64,000 nucleotides of DNA from an uncultured Treponemataceae bacterium (GTDB lineage Bacteria; Spirochaetota; Spirochaetia; Treponematales; UBA12059). The stretch spans positions 68,676 to 132,675 of the forward strand of contig CAYZZW010000003.1 of assembly GCA_964482955.1 (NCBI GenBank), given 5' to 3'. The translations under genes were made by a program, and so were the position numbers. The notes beneath the pieces were generated by a model. The model was given only the letters and a program-made list of their open reading frames with translations, did no database searches and had not been told where the DNA came from. The first letter of the stretch is position 1. Every line of letters starts with the position of its first letter. Positions 1 through 8,846 of this stretch are shown here, piece after piece.

Positions 1-385
1 GGTCGCGCTGGACCTGCATGCGGTCCTCGACCGCCTTCTTTCGGTCCTGCAGGGCCACGAGCTCCGCGGATACGTCGCGGGCGGTCTGCCGCGGCACCAC
101 GCGCACGTCGCGCAACGTGAAGGCTCCCGCGCCGCTCACCTGCACGCTCGACGGATCGAGCCGCGCCGGCAAGCCGCCGAAGACGAGCGTGCGCTCGCCC
201 GCGGCCAGGTCCAGCTCCGCGCGGCGCGTCACGAGGGCGCGGTCCGCATACACCGTCACCGCGACCACCTTCGACTGGGCGGCTTGCGCGGCGGCGTCCG
301 CCTCCGGGGGTTTCGGCTGCGCGAACGCGGCGGGCGCCGCGAAACACAGGGTCAGCATCGCCAGGAAACATCGGCGTGATTTCAT
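1..385 (-). CDS. Exported DUF4139/DUF4140-family protein (MuiA-like), 5' part only; the gene continues past the left edge
   Basis: Own translation of the minus strand from the ATG at 385-383: MKSRRCFLAMLTLCFAAPAAFAQPKPPEADAAAQAAQSKVVAVTVYADRALVTRRAELDLAAGERTLVFGGLPARLDPSSVQVSGAGAFTLRDVRVVP... It stays open to position 1. It has a signal-peptide-like N-terminus followed by the VTVYxDRAxVxR / LPxxLDxSSxxV pattern I associate with DUF4140. It is absent from the ORF track because it has no stop inside the window. Confidence 0.6.
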   Translation of the reverse strand, partial: MKSRRCFLAMLTLCFAAPAAFAQPKPPEADAAAQAAQSKVVAVTVYADRALVTRRAELDLAAGERTLVFGGLPARLDPSSVQVSGAGAFTLRDVRVVPRQTARDVSAELVALQDRKKAVEDRMQVQRD

Positions 386-461
386 GATCGCTCCTTCGCG
401 AGAACGCGCTACCGAAAGTCTAGGCCGTCGGACCCGCAATCCGCAAGCGCGCGTCCGGGCG

Positions 462-488
462 AAAAAAAGAGCCGGGCGAACCCGGCTC
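462..488 (-). terminator. Rho-independent terminator downstream of the SPOR gene
   Basis: The minus strand reads GAGCCGGG-TTCG-CCCGGCTC (8-bp GC stem, tetraloop) followed directly by TTTTTTT. It lies about 20 nt after the SPOR gene stop at 510. Confidence 0.8.
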
Positions 489-509
489 CCGATACGGCGC
501 GGTACGGAC

Positions 510-1253
510 CTAGCTTCGGCGTTCCACCGTGGAGCGCGACACGAAGGCTTCCACGCAGCCGTCGAAGGCCTTGACGCGCGCTAGCCAGCCGTCGGCTTCG
601 GACTTGACGGTGTAGGGGCCGATGCGCACGCGATAGTAGCTCTTCCCGTCGATGTCCTTCACCGTGATGACGGACGACAGTCCCTTTTCGGCCAACGCCG
701 CCTTGAGGCTTTCGGCGCGCTCGCGGCTGGTGAAGCTCGCGGCCTGGATCCAGTACTCCGTCACGGTGACGGTCGTCGGTTTCGTCGAGGTCGCCGGCTT
801 GGCGGCGGGCTTCGTGGCGGTCGCCGGTTTCGGAGCGGCGGCGGGTTTCGTCGCGGCGGCCGGCTTGGGCGCGGCGGCAGGCTGGGCCGTCGTCGAGCCC
901 TGCGGCGCGGCTGCCGGAGCCGTCGGGGTCGTGGCGGGCGCGGAGGTCGCGGGCGCGGTCGCCGCCGATCCGGCGGGCGCTTCGGTCGGCGGCACCGTCT
1001 CCTCGTCGGGACGCTCGCCGTAGATGATCACCGTCTGCGGCGCGGCCGGCTCGGGTCGGGCGGCGGGAGGCGGCTCGCCCAGGTAATCCTGCGGGTCCTC
1101 GACGCGGGCGGGCGACGCGTTCCCGACGGACGCGGGCGCCTTGGCCATGCCCTGCTTGGGGTAAAACAAAAGTAACGCCAATCCGAAAAACGCGATCAGC
1201 ACCACCCCCACGGAAAACACCGTCCACAGGACCTTTTTCGTCTCCACCGGCAT
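510..1253 (-). CDS. SPOR-domain (peptidoglycan-binding) membrane-anchored protein
   Basis: Track ORF 510..1751 trimmed to the ATG at 1253 (Met167 of the track ORF); the upstream part is Arg/Gly/Pro shadow sequence. It has an N-terminal TM (VLWTVFSVGVVLIAFFGLALLLF) and a Pro/Ala/Thr/Lys low-complexity linker (AAAPKPAAATKPAAAPKPATATKPAAKPATSTKP). The C-terminus is SPOR-like (YWIQAASFTSRERAESLKAALAEKGLSSVITVKDIDGKSYYRVRIGPY). Confidence 0.8.
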   Translation of the reverse strand: MPVETKKVLWTVFSVGVVLIAFFGLALLLFYPKQGMAKAPASVGNASPARVEDPQDYLGEPPPAARPEPAAPQTVIIYGERPDEETVPPTEAPAGSAATAPATSAPATTPTAPAAAPQGSTTAQPAAAPKPAAATKPAAAPKPATATKPAAKPATSTKPTTVTVTEYWIQAASFTSRERAESLKAALAEKGLSSVITVKDIDGKSYYRVRIGPYTVKSEADGWLARVKAFDGCVEAFVSRSTVERRS

Positions 1254-1486
1254 GTTCGCTTCCCTCCCGGACGGTTCCCGGACCGCGCACCGGGCGCGAT
1301 CCGACCATCTCACGTTTGAATATCGGACGGAAACGGCCGCCGGTTTAGCGGCATCAATAAGGGGGGGGCACGGGAACGAAGGCGGTCGGGCGTATCGTTT
1401 CGGGCGAAGGACCGGCCGCTCGCGGCTCCCCCTCGCTCCAGCCTCCTCGCGAACGCTGCGGGGGCTTCCGCTACCCCCACGCCGGT

Positions 1487-2461
1487 TCAAGCCCGCACGG
1501 CCTTCGAAAACCACACCGAAGTCGCGGTCACCGTAAAACCGACCCGCTTCGCCAGCGCCAGCATCGCCAGGTTGTCGCCGCTCGTGCCGAGGTCCGCGAC
1601 GCGCGCCCCGCGTAACTTCAGTTCGCGCAGGGCCGTGAGGAGGAGTGCCGCCCCGAGGCCGCGGCCCTGGTGTCCCGGGCGCGTCGCGACGGGATCGGTG
1701 CAGCCGGCGGTCGGGCAGCCGTCGTCCGCGCGCTCGATCGACGCCATGCAATAGGCCGCGAGCGTTCCGTCGGGCGCGGTGGCCACCAGGTCGAGCTCGG
1801 GAACGTACTCGGGCGTCCGCATCATCGACAGGCGCTCTTCTACGGTCATGTACTCCGTGCCGAAGGCGGCGCGGTGCAGTTCGACGAGCGCCGACGCCTC
1901 CGCTTCGCCGATCGCCGGCCGGATCGCGTAGCCCGGCGGCAGGGTCGGCTCGGGGATCGGCCCGTCGAGCGGGCGTGAAAGCTTCACGGACGTGGCGCCC
2001 TGCCGCTCGAAGCCGTGTCGTTCGAGGAGGGCGATCCGCTCCGCGTCTTCAGCCCGGCAATTCGTGTCCATCGACGCGCCTTCGCCCGGATCTGCTGCGT
2101 CCGGTGCGCCGGCGGCGCGACGCGCGCAGGTCTCGCCCCACGCGACGAGTTCCTCCGCCAGTTTCTCCCCAGCTTCGGCGGATATCGTCGCCGCCGGATC
2201 CGCCTGATTCGTCGGATCCGCCGTATCGTACGCGAACCAGAGGTTTCCGTAGTGCTCGAAGAGCGAGAAGGCGACGGGCGTTTCATCCGCGAACCAGAGG
2301 CGCAGGTTCGCCCGATCCGCTTCGACGCCCGTGAACTCGGTCAGGTCGACGAGGGTCGGATACGCGGGCGCCCGTCCGGCCGCGCGCAGACGTTCCAGCA
2401 GGGCGCCCAGCGCGTCGAGATCGGCTGGGCTCGCATAAACGCGGCTCGTGATGGTGGGCAA
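1487..2461 (-). CDS. GNAT-family N-acetyltransferase (two-lobed)
   Basis: Track ORF 1487..2620 trimmed to the TTG at 2461. This start is 9 nt after AAGGAG and lies downstream of the coaE stop. The C-terminal half carries a GNAT acetyl-CoA motif (VATRPGHQGRGLGAALLLTALRELKLRGA). The start codon is an inference. Confidence 0.7.
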   Translation of the reverse strand: MPTITSRVYASPADLDALGALLERLRAAGRAPAYPTLVDLTEFTGVEADRANLRLWFADETPVAFSLFEHYGNLWFAYDTADPTNQADPAATISAEAGEKLAEELVAWGETCARRAAGAPDAADPGEGASMDTNCRAEDAERIALLERHGFERQGATSVKLSRPLDGPIPEPTLPPGYAIRPAIGEAEASALVELHRAAFGTEYMTVEERLSMMRTPEYVPELDLVATAPDGTLAAYCMASIERADDGCPTAGCTDPVATRPGHQGRGLGAALLLTALRELKLRGARVADLGTSGDNLAMLALAKRVGFTVTATSVWFSKAVRA

Positions 2462-2495
2462 GACAGGCGGCTCCTTTGGACCCGCATTCGCGCGA

Positions 2496-3098
2496 CTACC
2501 TGGTCGCGGTCTGCGGGATTCGCATGAGTGTTCGCTCCAACGCGCGTGCAAGACCCTCTCGCGTCCCCGGATTGCGGATGACGAAGACCGGCACGCCTTC
2601 GGGCCGCTTGCGGGCGGCAAAGAGGCCGCGCTGCCCGTTTATCCGCTTGAGCACCGCGAACAGCCCGAGGCCGTCGCGCTTCCGGCCGCGCGCCACGCGG
2701 GCGCACAGGGGCGCGCGGAGTTCGATGATGGCGTCGCAGCGCTTCGCCGTCGGGAGTTTGTAGAGCACCGCCGCGTTGACGCACACATTCTGGCCGGACG
2801 CGACGATGTCGTCGATCCGTCCGTCGAGCAGCGAGATCATCGCCGGGTGCACGATCGCCTCGTAGCGCTCGAGAAGGCCTTGGTCCGCGAAGACGAGCGC
2901 GCCGATGGCGCGCCGTATCGGCTTGCCGCTGGCGTCGATCACCGACGGCCCGAGGAGCGCGGCGACTTCCTTCGCCGTCGCCTCGAGCGCCGCGTGCCCG
3001 AGCTTGTCCACGTCGATCTCGACGAAGCCCCGCTCCGCCAGCATTCCCGCGAGGACGTTCTTTCCCGCGCAATACCCGCCGGTCAGCCCCAGTATCAT
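2496..3098 (-). CDS. coaE: Dephospho-CoA kinase
   Basis: 200-aa ORF starting MILGLTGGYCAGKN (a P-loop at the extreme N-terminus, as in CoaE). Size and overall pattern fit the CoaE family. Confidence 0.8.
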   Translation of the reverse strand: MILGLTGGYCAGKNVLAGMLAERGFVEIDVDKLGHAALEATAKEVAALLGPSVIDASGKPIRRAIGALVFADQGLLERYEAIVHPAMISLLDGRIDDIVASGQNVCVNAAVLYKLPTAKRCDAIIELRAPLCARVARGRKRDGLGLFAVLKRINGQRGLFAARKRPEGVPVFVIRNPGTREGLARALERTLMRIPQTATR

Positions 3099-3128
3099 GC
3101 AGTCGCCCTACCTTCGAATCGAAGAATT

Positions 3129-3336
3129 TACCACGAAGGGCACGAAGGGAAGAAAATGCACGAAGGACACGAAGAAGAGAAAGGCATCGGTTTTAAAGTT
3201 CGATGCGGAAGCCGCAAATGGTTTACGCGGAAAAAGGAATCTATATAAATCTACACGATCTTCAATTTTCAATCTTTAACCCCTATTTTCTCTTCCTTCG
3301 TGTTCTTCGTGGTCGAACTTCGTGCCCTTCGTGGTA
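3129..3336. repeat. Long imperfect inverted repeat (REP/MITE-like element) between polA and coaE
   Basis: A perfect 19-nt inverted repeat: TACCACGAAGGGCACGAAG (3129-3147) and CTTCGTGCCCTTCGTGGTA (3318-3336). Each arm extends imperfectly to about 55 nt and contains four CACGAAG / CTTCGTG heptamers. The arms enclose about 105 bp of AT-rich DNA. The right arm ends 15 nt from the polA stop. Confidence 0.75.
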
Positions 3337-3350
3337 ATATCTTGTAGACA

Positions 3351-6107
3351 TCAGTGCATGTCGCCCCAGCGGGGGGAGGTCTCGACGCCGGTTCGCAGCG
3401 GCACGCTCAGTTTCATCGTCGATTCCATCTCGGCCTTGAGCGTCTCGGCCACGGCATTCGCGTCGGCCTTCGGACATTCGACGATGAGCTCGTCGTGCAC
3501 CTGGAGGAGGAGCCGCGCGTCCGGGTGGCGTTCCGCGAGCGCCCGGCGCACGCGGATCATGGCCAGCTTGACGATGTCCGCGGCCGAGCCCTGGATGGGC
3601 GTGTTCACGGCCACGCGCTCGGCCGCCTGCTTTTCGGTCTTGTTCGCGCTCGTCACGCGCGGCACCGGCCGCCTGCGGCCGAGCAGCGTGGACACGAAGC
3701 CGGTCCGTTCGGCGTCGCGTATCGTCCGCTCGATGAAGTCCTTCACGCCGACGTAGCGCCGGAAGTACGCGTCGATGAATTTCTGGGCCTCGCCGCGCCC
3801 GATGCCGAGCTCGTTCGCCAGGCGGAAGGCGCTCATCCCGTAGATGACGCCGAAGTTGATCGTCTTGGCGATGCGGCGCTTGTCGGGCGTCACGTCCTTC
3901 TCGTCGAGCCCGAAGATGAGCGCGGCCGTGCGGCGGTGCACGTCGGAGCCTTCCTCGAAGGCCTTGCAGAGCTCCGGATCGCGCGACAGGTGCGCGAACA
4001 CGACGAGCTCGATCTGCGAATAGTCGGCGGACACGAAGGTCATGCCCTTCGACGCGACGAAGGCCTGGCGGATGCGGCGGCCTTCCTCCTCGCGCACGGG
4101 GATGTTCTGGAGGTTCGGGTCGCGGCTCGAGAGGCGCCCCGTCGCGGTGCCGGTCTGCATGAAATGCGTGTGCACGCGGCCGTCGGCGGCGCGGAGTTCG
4201 AGGAGCGAGTCCACGTACGTGCTCTTGAGCTTCGCGAGGCTCCGGTGCCTGAGGATGCGCACCGGCACGGGGTCCTCGCGCGCGAGCTCCTCGAGCACCG
4301 ACACGTCCGTGCTGTAGCCGGTCTTCGTCTTCTTGCCGGAGGCCAGGCCGCGCTCGACGAAGAGCACTTCCTGGAGCTGCTTCGTGGAGGCGATGTTGAA
4401 CTCGTGCCCGACGAGCTCGTAGATTTCCTTCTTGATGCGCTCGAGTTCCGAGTCCAGCTCGACGCCGAACGAACGGAGTGCGTCCGCGTCGAGTCCGATG
4501 CCGATGCGCTCCATCTCGCCGAGGATGGGCAGCACGGGCATCTCCACGTCGCGAAAGAGATCGAGGAGTCCCGCGTCGCCGAGCTCGCGTTCGTAGAGGC
4601 GCTGGAGCCTGAGCGTGAAGTCCGCGTCCTCGGCGGCGTAGTCCGCGGCGCGCTCGATCGGCACCTGCGAAAAGACGCCGCCCTTCGGCACGACGTCCTC
4701 GTAGGCGACGCCCCCGGTGCCGAGCCGCGCCTCCGCGAGCGCGCCGAGCGCGAAGCTCGATTCCTCGGGATCGAGGAGCCACGCGGCGACCATCGTGTCC
4801 CACGGGCGCGCCTTCGCGGCGCAGCCCCAGTTTTCGAGGACGTGCCGGTCGAACTTGAGGTTGTGTCCGACCATCGTGAGGGCTTCGTCGCCCACGAGCG
4901 CGGCGAGGCGCTTCTTCGCGTCGGCCATGGGGATGCACGCGGCGTCCGGCGACGCGATCGGGACGTAGACGGCTTCCTTCGGCGTCCACGCGAGCGAAAA
5001 GCCCACGGGCAGCGTCCCGAGTTCGTCGAGGGAATCGGTCTCGAGGTCGAAGGCGAAGACGCCCGCCTTCCGGCACGCCGCGATGGCCGCGTCGAGTTCC
5101 GAAGCGTCCGTTATGACGCGATAGTTTCCCGCGCCGAGCAGCCCGGGCGGGGTGGGGCGCGTGCCGTGACGCGTGACGGGGGCTCCGGCGCCCGGCGCGG
5201 CGGCCGCGCCTTCGTCCCCCGAACCGGCGAACAAGTCGCCGCCCTCGTCCTTCGAGACGAGCGACTTCATCCCCTCGCGCCGGAATACCGGATTGGCCGC
5301 CGGGCGCTTGAGTCCCTTCACCGCGAGATCATCTATGGAAGAAATCGGAAGCGGAACGTCCTTGTGGAGCGTGACGAGCTCGCGCGAGAGGTAGGCGCTG
5401 CTCCGTCCCGCCTCGAGCTTCTTGCGCACGCCCTCCGGCTTGACGGCGTCGAGGCGCGCGTAGATGTCGTCGAGATCCTTGAACTCGGCCAGGAGCTTTT
5501 GCGCGGTCTTGTCGCCGATGCCCATCACGCCGGGGATGTTGTCGGACGCGTCGCCCGTAAGCGACAGGTAGTCGAGGATGCCTTCGGGCGTGACGCCCCA
5601 CTCGGCGGTCACCTCCTCCGGCCCGAAGAGACGCCAGCTCGTCGCCTTGTCCGGCTTGAGCGCCTTGACCGGGCCGCCCACCAGCTGGAGGAGGTCCTTG
5701 TCGCCCGAGACGACGTAGCAGGGCCTATCCTCTTTCCGGCAGCGCTCCGCGAGCGTGGCGATGAGGTCGTCCGCCTCGTAGCCGTCGACGCAGAGCCGCG
5801 GCACGCCGAGGAGCGCGAGGGTCTCCTCGATGACGGGCACCTGCGCGTGGAGGTCGTCCGGCGTTTTTTGGCGGTTGGCCTTGTACTCCTCGTACATTTC
5901 GTGACGGAAGGTCATCACGGGCGAGTCGAAGACGGCAGCGAAGGCGCCGGGATTGTACTGGTCGAAGAGCGCGAAGAGCGAGTTGAAAAACCCGAACATC
6001 GCGGAGCGGTTTTCGCCCTTCGGGTTCGACAGCGGCTTCGAGATGAACGCGAAGTAGCTCCGGTAGATGATGGCGTACGAATCGAGCAGGTACAACGGCG
6101 TCTTCAT
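3351..6107 (-). CDS. polA: DNA polymerase I
   Basis: 918-aa ORF with a 5'-nuclease N-terminus (MKTPLYLLDSYAIIYRSYFAF). Polymerase motif A is ADYSQIELVV, motif B is RRIAKTINFGVIYGMSAF and motif C is LQVHDELIVE. Confidence 0.95.
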   Translation of the reverse strand: MKTPLYLLDSYAIIYRSYFAFISKPLSNPKGENRSAMFGFFNSLFALFDQYNPGAFAAVFDSPVMTFRHEMYEEYKANRQKTPDDLHAQVPVIEETLALLGVPRLCVDGYEADDLIATLAERCRKEDRPCYVVSGDKDLLQLVGGPVKALKPDKATSWRLFGPEEVTAEWGVTPEGILDYLSLTGDASDNIPGVMGIGDKTAQKLLAEFKDLDDIYARLDAVKPEGVRKKLEAGRSSAYLSRELVTLHKDVPLPISSIDDLAVKGLKRPAANPVFRREGMKSLVSKDEGGDLFAGSGDEGAAAAPGAGAPVTRHGTRPTPPGLLGAGNYRVITDASELDAAIAACRKAGVFAFDLETDSLDELGTLPVGFSLAWTPKEAVYVPIASPDAACIPMADAKKRLAALVGDEALTMVGHNLKFDRHVLENWGCAAKARPWDTMVAAWLLDPEESSFALGALAEARLGTGGVAYEDVVPKGGVFSQVPIERAADYAAEDADFTLRLQRLYERELGDAGLLDLFRDVEMPVLPILGEMERIGIGLDADALRSFGVELDSELERIKKEIYELVGHEFNIASTKQLQEVLFVERGLASGKKTKTGYSTDVSVLEELAREDPVPVRILRHRSLAKLKSTYVDSLLELRAADGRVHTHFMQTGTATGRLSSRDPNLQNIPVREEEGRRIRQAFVASKGMTFVSADYSQIELVVFAHLSRDPELCKAFEEGSDVHRRTAALIFGLDEKDVTPDKRRIAKTINFGVIYGMSAFRLANELGIGRGEAQKFIDAYFRRYVGVKDFIERTIRDAERTGFVSTLLGRRRPVPRVTSANKTEKQAAERVAVNTPIQGSAADIVKLAMIRVRRALAERHPDARLLLQVHDELIVECPKADANAVAETLKAEMESTMKLSVPLRTGVETSPRWGDMH

Positions 6108-6235
6108 GCGAAAATCATACCCGAGCGCCGCGTCGAACGCAACCGCGGGACTTCGCGCGGAAAGACCGCGGCTTTACAAAACGATAATGGCCGCGTAGAC
6201 TTTCGGCACCGAACGCGACGGAACGGGGAGCGGGC

Positions 6236-7060
6236 ATGCAATACGAGTTGCGGAATTACACGGTCGGCGAGTGCGTCGGGAAGGCGTTGACGGTCTACAT
6301 CGACCACTTCTTCCTCTTTTTCGGGCTGGGTTTCGCGTTCGGCATCGTCTATTACGCGACAAACCTGCTGTGGGTCGGTCTCTTGACGAGGCTCGTCGCG
6401 AGCCTGTCCGCCGCGGGAACCATCGTCGGCAGCGTGGTGACCGGTCTGGGCTCGCTCTTCGTATCCCTCGCCTTGACTTCGCTCTTCAGCGTGGTGACCG
6501 CGCGCCTCGTGGCCTCGCGTTTCCTCGGCGCCGGGCGCATCGACGGGCGCCCCAGCCTGCGCGGCGTCATCCTGCCGGGCGTGATCACGTCCCTCCTGAC
6601 GGTGCTCGTCGTCATGGGCGGTTTCATCCTGCTCATCGTGCCCGGCATCCTGTGGGTGCTCTCGTACGCGTTTTCGGTGCAGTGCGCCGCGGTCGAGGGA
6701 CTCAAGCCGAGGGAGGCGATGAAGCGGAGCCGGGCTCTCACGAAGGGCGCGCGCGGGCGCGTGTTCGGGCTTTCCTTCGTCGTCTACCTCGTTTCGATGG
6801 TGGCGTCGGTGCCCGTCATGCTCCTCTCCGCCCTGCTGCTCCAATCGGGCTTCACGAACGGTCTCGCGGCGACCGCCATCGCGATCGTCACGGCGGCGAC
6901 CCAGGCGCTGACCCTGGCCTTCACCATGCCCTTCTCGTCGGCGGCGAAGACCATCCAGTACCTGGCTTTCCGCGTCGAGCGCGAGTCGCTGGACGTCGAG
7001 CGCCTGAGCTCCGATTTCGGAAGCGCCCCCGCCGAGGAATCCCTCGTCGCCTCCTTCTAG
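6236..7060 (+). CDS. Polytopic membrane protein of unknown function; first gene of the MoxR-associated cluster
   Basis: 274-aa ORF with several long hydrophobic segments (FFLFFGLGFAFGIVYYATNLLWVGLL, LTVLVVMGGFILLIVPGILWVLSYAF, VFGLSFVVYLVSMVASVPVMLLSALLL). Composition looks coding rather than shadow-like. It ends 10 nt before the next gene. Confidence 0.6.
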   Translation: MQYELRNYTVGECVGKALTVYIDHFFLFFGLGFAFGIVYYATNLLWVGLLTRLVASLSAAGTIVGSVVTGLGSLFVSLALTSLFSVVTARLVASRFLGAGRIDGRPSLRGVILPGVITSLLTVLVVMGGFILLIVPGILWVLSYAFSVQCAAVEGLKPREAMKRSRALTKGARGRVFGLSFVVYLVSMVASVPVMLLSALLLQSGFTNGLAATAIAIVTAATQALTLAFTMPFSSAAKTIQYLAFRVERESLDVERLSSDFGSAPAEESLVASF

Positions 7061-7070
7061 GTCCGGTCGC

Positions 7071-8846
7071 GTGAAGCAGTCGACCATCGTCATCGAGACG
7101 CCGGAACGCGTCCAGTTCGCGTACCGCATCGCGGAAAGCGCCACGCGAGCGGCGGCCTTCCTCGTCGACGCGCTCATCCAGGGCGTCGCGTTCGTCATCG
7201 TGTTCCTGGCCTTCTTCGGCTTCGTGTCGCGACTTGCCGGAGGGCTGGCGTCCTACGCCTTCATCGTCATTTTGCTCTTCGTCATGCAGTGGGGCTACGG
7301 GTTCGCCTTCGAGTGCCTGCTCGGCGGCAGGACGCCGGGCAAGCTGGCGTTCCGCATCCGCGTGGTCCGGAGCGACGGCGACGTCCTCGACGCGAAGACC
7401 CTCGCGCTCCGCAACCTGCTCCGCGCGGCGGACGGGCTTCCGGCCATGCTCGTGCCGGTGCTCGGGGGCTTCGTGTCGGTGGCGGACAGGTATTCGCGCA
7501 GGTTGGGCGACATCGTCGCCGGCACCATCGTGGTGCAGGACGAGCGCTCCGCCGTGCGCCGCCCCCTTGTCGGCGACCGTTTCATGCGCGACTGGCAGGC
7601 GGTCGAACCGCCGCGGGGATCGCGGCTGGGCGAACGCGAGCTTTTCATCGTCCGGAGCTTCCTCGACGGCCGCGCGAGCATGCCGCCCGAACGCGCCGCC
7701 GCCACCGCCCGCGCGCTCGCGGCCAAGGCCGCCGAACGGATAGGCTTGCCACCGCCGGCGGAAAGCGACGACGCCGTCGCGTTCCTCGGGGGACTCTACC
7801 GCGCGCACCTGCCCGTCGCGTCCACGCGCTTCGCGGACCGGCGGCAATCGTCCCTCGGCGCCCTCGAATCGATGCTCGAACGGGTCAGGACGCGCGGGGG
7901 CACCTTGCCCGCGTCGGAATCCGGCGCCTTCATCGCCCTGTACCGCTCGGCTTGCGCGGATCTGGCCGCCGCGCGGGGCGCGGGCTATTCGGAAGACGTG
8001 ACCGGCTACGTCAACGCCCTGGTCGCGGAAGCGCGTTCGGTGATCTACTCCATGCCGCCGCTCCCGCCCGGCGCGTTGCCCGACATCGTCTTGCGCGAGA
8101 TGCCGGCCCGGATCGCGGCGCGCTGGCGCTACCTGGTCGCGGCCGCCGCGCTCTTCGCGGTGCCCTTCGCGCTGTCGCTATCCGTGTCGCTCCGTTCGCC
8201 CGACTTCGCCGCGCGCCTCGTGAATCCCGCCACGCTGGCGCAGATGGCGGCGGCGCACGGCAGCGCGACCTTCGACGGCCGCGAGACGCCGGAGACGGCG
8301 TACATGCTGTCGTTCTACATCAGCAACAACGTGAGCATCGACTTCATGACGATGGCGACTGGGGTCTTCCTCGGCGTCGGTCCCCTGTTCTTCCTCGTCG
8401 AAAACGGCATCTCGATCGGCGGCGTGATGGGCTATGTCACCGCGATGGGACACGGGCCTTCCATCCTCCGCTTCGTCACGGCGCATTCGCCCTTCGAGCT
8501 CGCGGGACTCGTGCTGTCCGGCGCGGCGGGCCTGCTCCTCGGCATGGCCATGCTCAGGCCCGGGCGCGAAGGCCGGGCCGCCGCGCTGCGCCGCGTCATG
8601 GACGATTTCATCCCGCTCGCGGCCGCGGCGGCCGTCCTCACCTTCCTGGCGGCGTTCATCGAAGCGGGCGTCGGCCCGTCGCCCGTCAGCCAGGGCGCGC
8701 GCGCGATCATCGCCTCCGTGTGCCTGGGGCTCATGGCGGTTTATTTCGTCGCGCTGCCGATGGTTTTCCGCGTCGCCGGTTCGCGTTCCCGTCGGGCGCC
8801 CCCCGCGAACGCGACGCGTCCGACGGTCCCGGCGAGGCGCGCATGA
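7071..8846 (+). CDS. Fusion protein: N-terminal RDD-family domain plus C-terminal SpoIIM-like (stage II sporulation protein M family) membrane domain
   Basis: 591-aa ORF with a GTG start. The N-terminus is RDD-like (AAFLVDALIQGVAFVIVF ... RRLGDIVAGTIVVQDE). The C-terminal half has the SpoIIM-like pattern (FIALYRSACADLAAARGAGYSEDVTGYVNALVAEARSVIYS) followed by multiple TM segments. Confidence 0.7.
   Translation: MKQSTIVIETPERVQFAYRIAESATRAAAFLVDALIQGVAFVIVFLAFFGFVSRLAGGLASYAFIVILLFVMQWGYGFAFECLLGGRTPGKLAFRIRVVRSDGDVLDAKTLALRNLLRAADGLPAMLVPVLGGFVSVADRYSRRLGDIVAGTIVVQDERSAVRRPLVGDRFMRDWQAVEPPRGSRLGERELFIVRSFLDGRASMPPERAAATARALAAKAAERIGLPPPAESDDAVAFLGGLYRAHLPVASTRFADRRQSSLGALESMLERVRTRGGTLPASESGAFIALYRSACADLAAARGAGYSEDVTGYVNALVAEARSVIYSMPPLPPGALPDIVLREMPARIAARWRYLVAAAALFAVPFALSLSVSLRSPDFAARLVNPATLAQMAAAHGSATFDGRETPETAYMLSFYISNNVSIDFMTMATGVFLGVGPLFFLVENGISIGGVMGYVTAMGHGPSILRFVTAHSPFELAGLVLSGAAGLLLGMAMLRPGREGRAAALRRVMDDFIPLAAAAAVLTFLAAFIEAGVGPSPVSQGARAIIASVCLGLMAVYFVALPMVFRVAGSRSRRAPPANATRPTVPARRA

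Noticed and set aside
18-584. 188-aa plus-strand ORF at the left edge
   Set aside because: It is antisense to the DUF4139-like gene and spans the SPOR terminator. Its composition is Arg/Ala/Ser-rich with no motifs.
780-900. Apparent tandem DNA repeats inside the SPOR gene
   Set aside because: They simply encode the Pro/Ala/Lys/Thr low-complexity linker (KPAAA/KPATA units). The repeats are imperfect and in frame, and there is no evidence of a separate repeat element.
3354-6290. 978-aa ORF on the plus strand
   Set aside because: It is entirely antisense to polA, which has unmistakable polymerase motifs. Its product is Arg/Ala/Gly/Glu/Leu-rich with no recognisable motif. This is the typical shadow ORF of GC-rich DNA.
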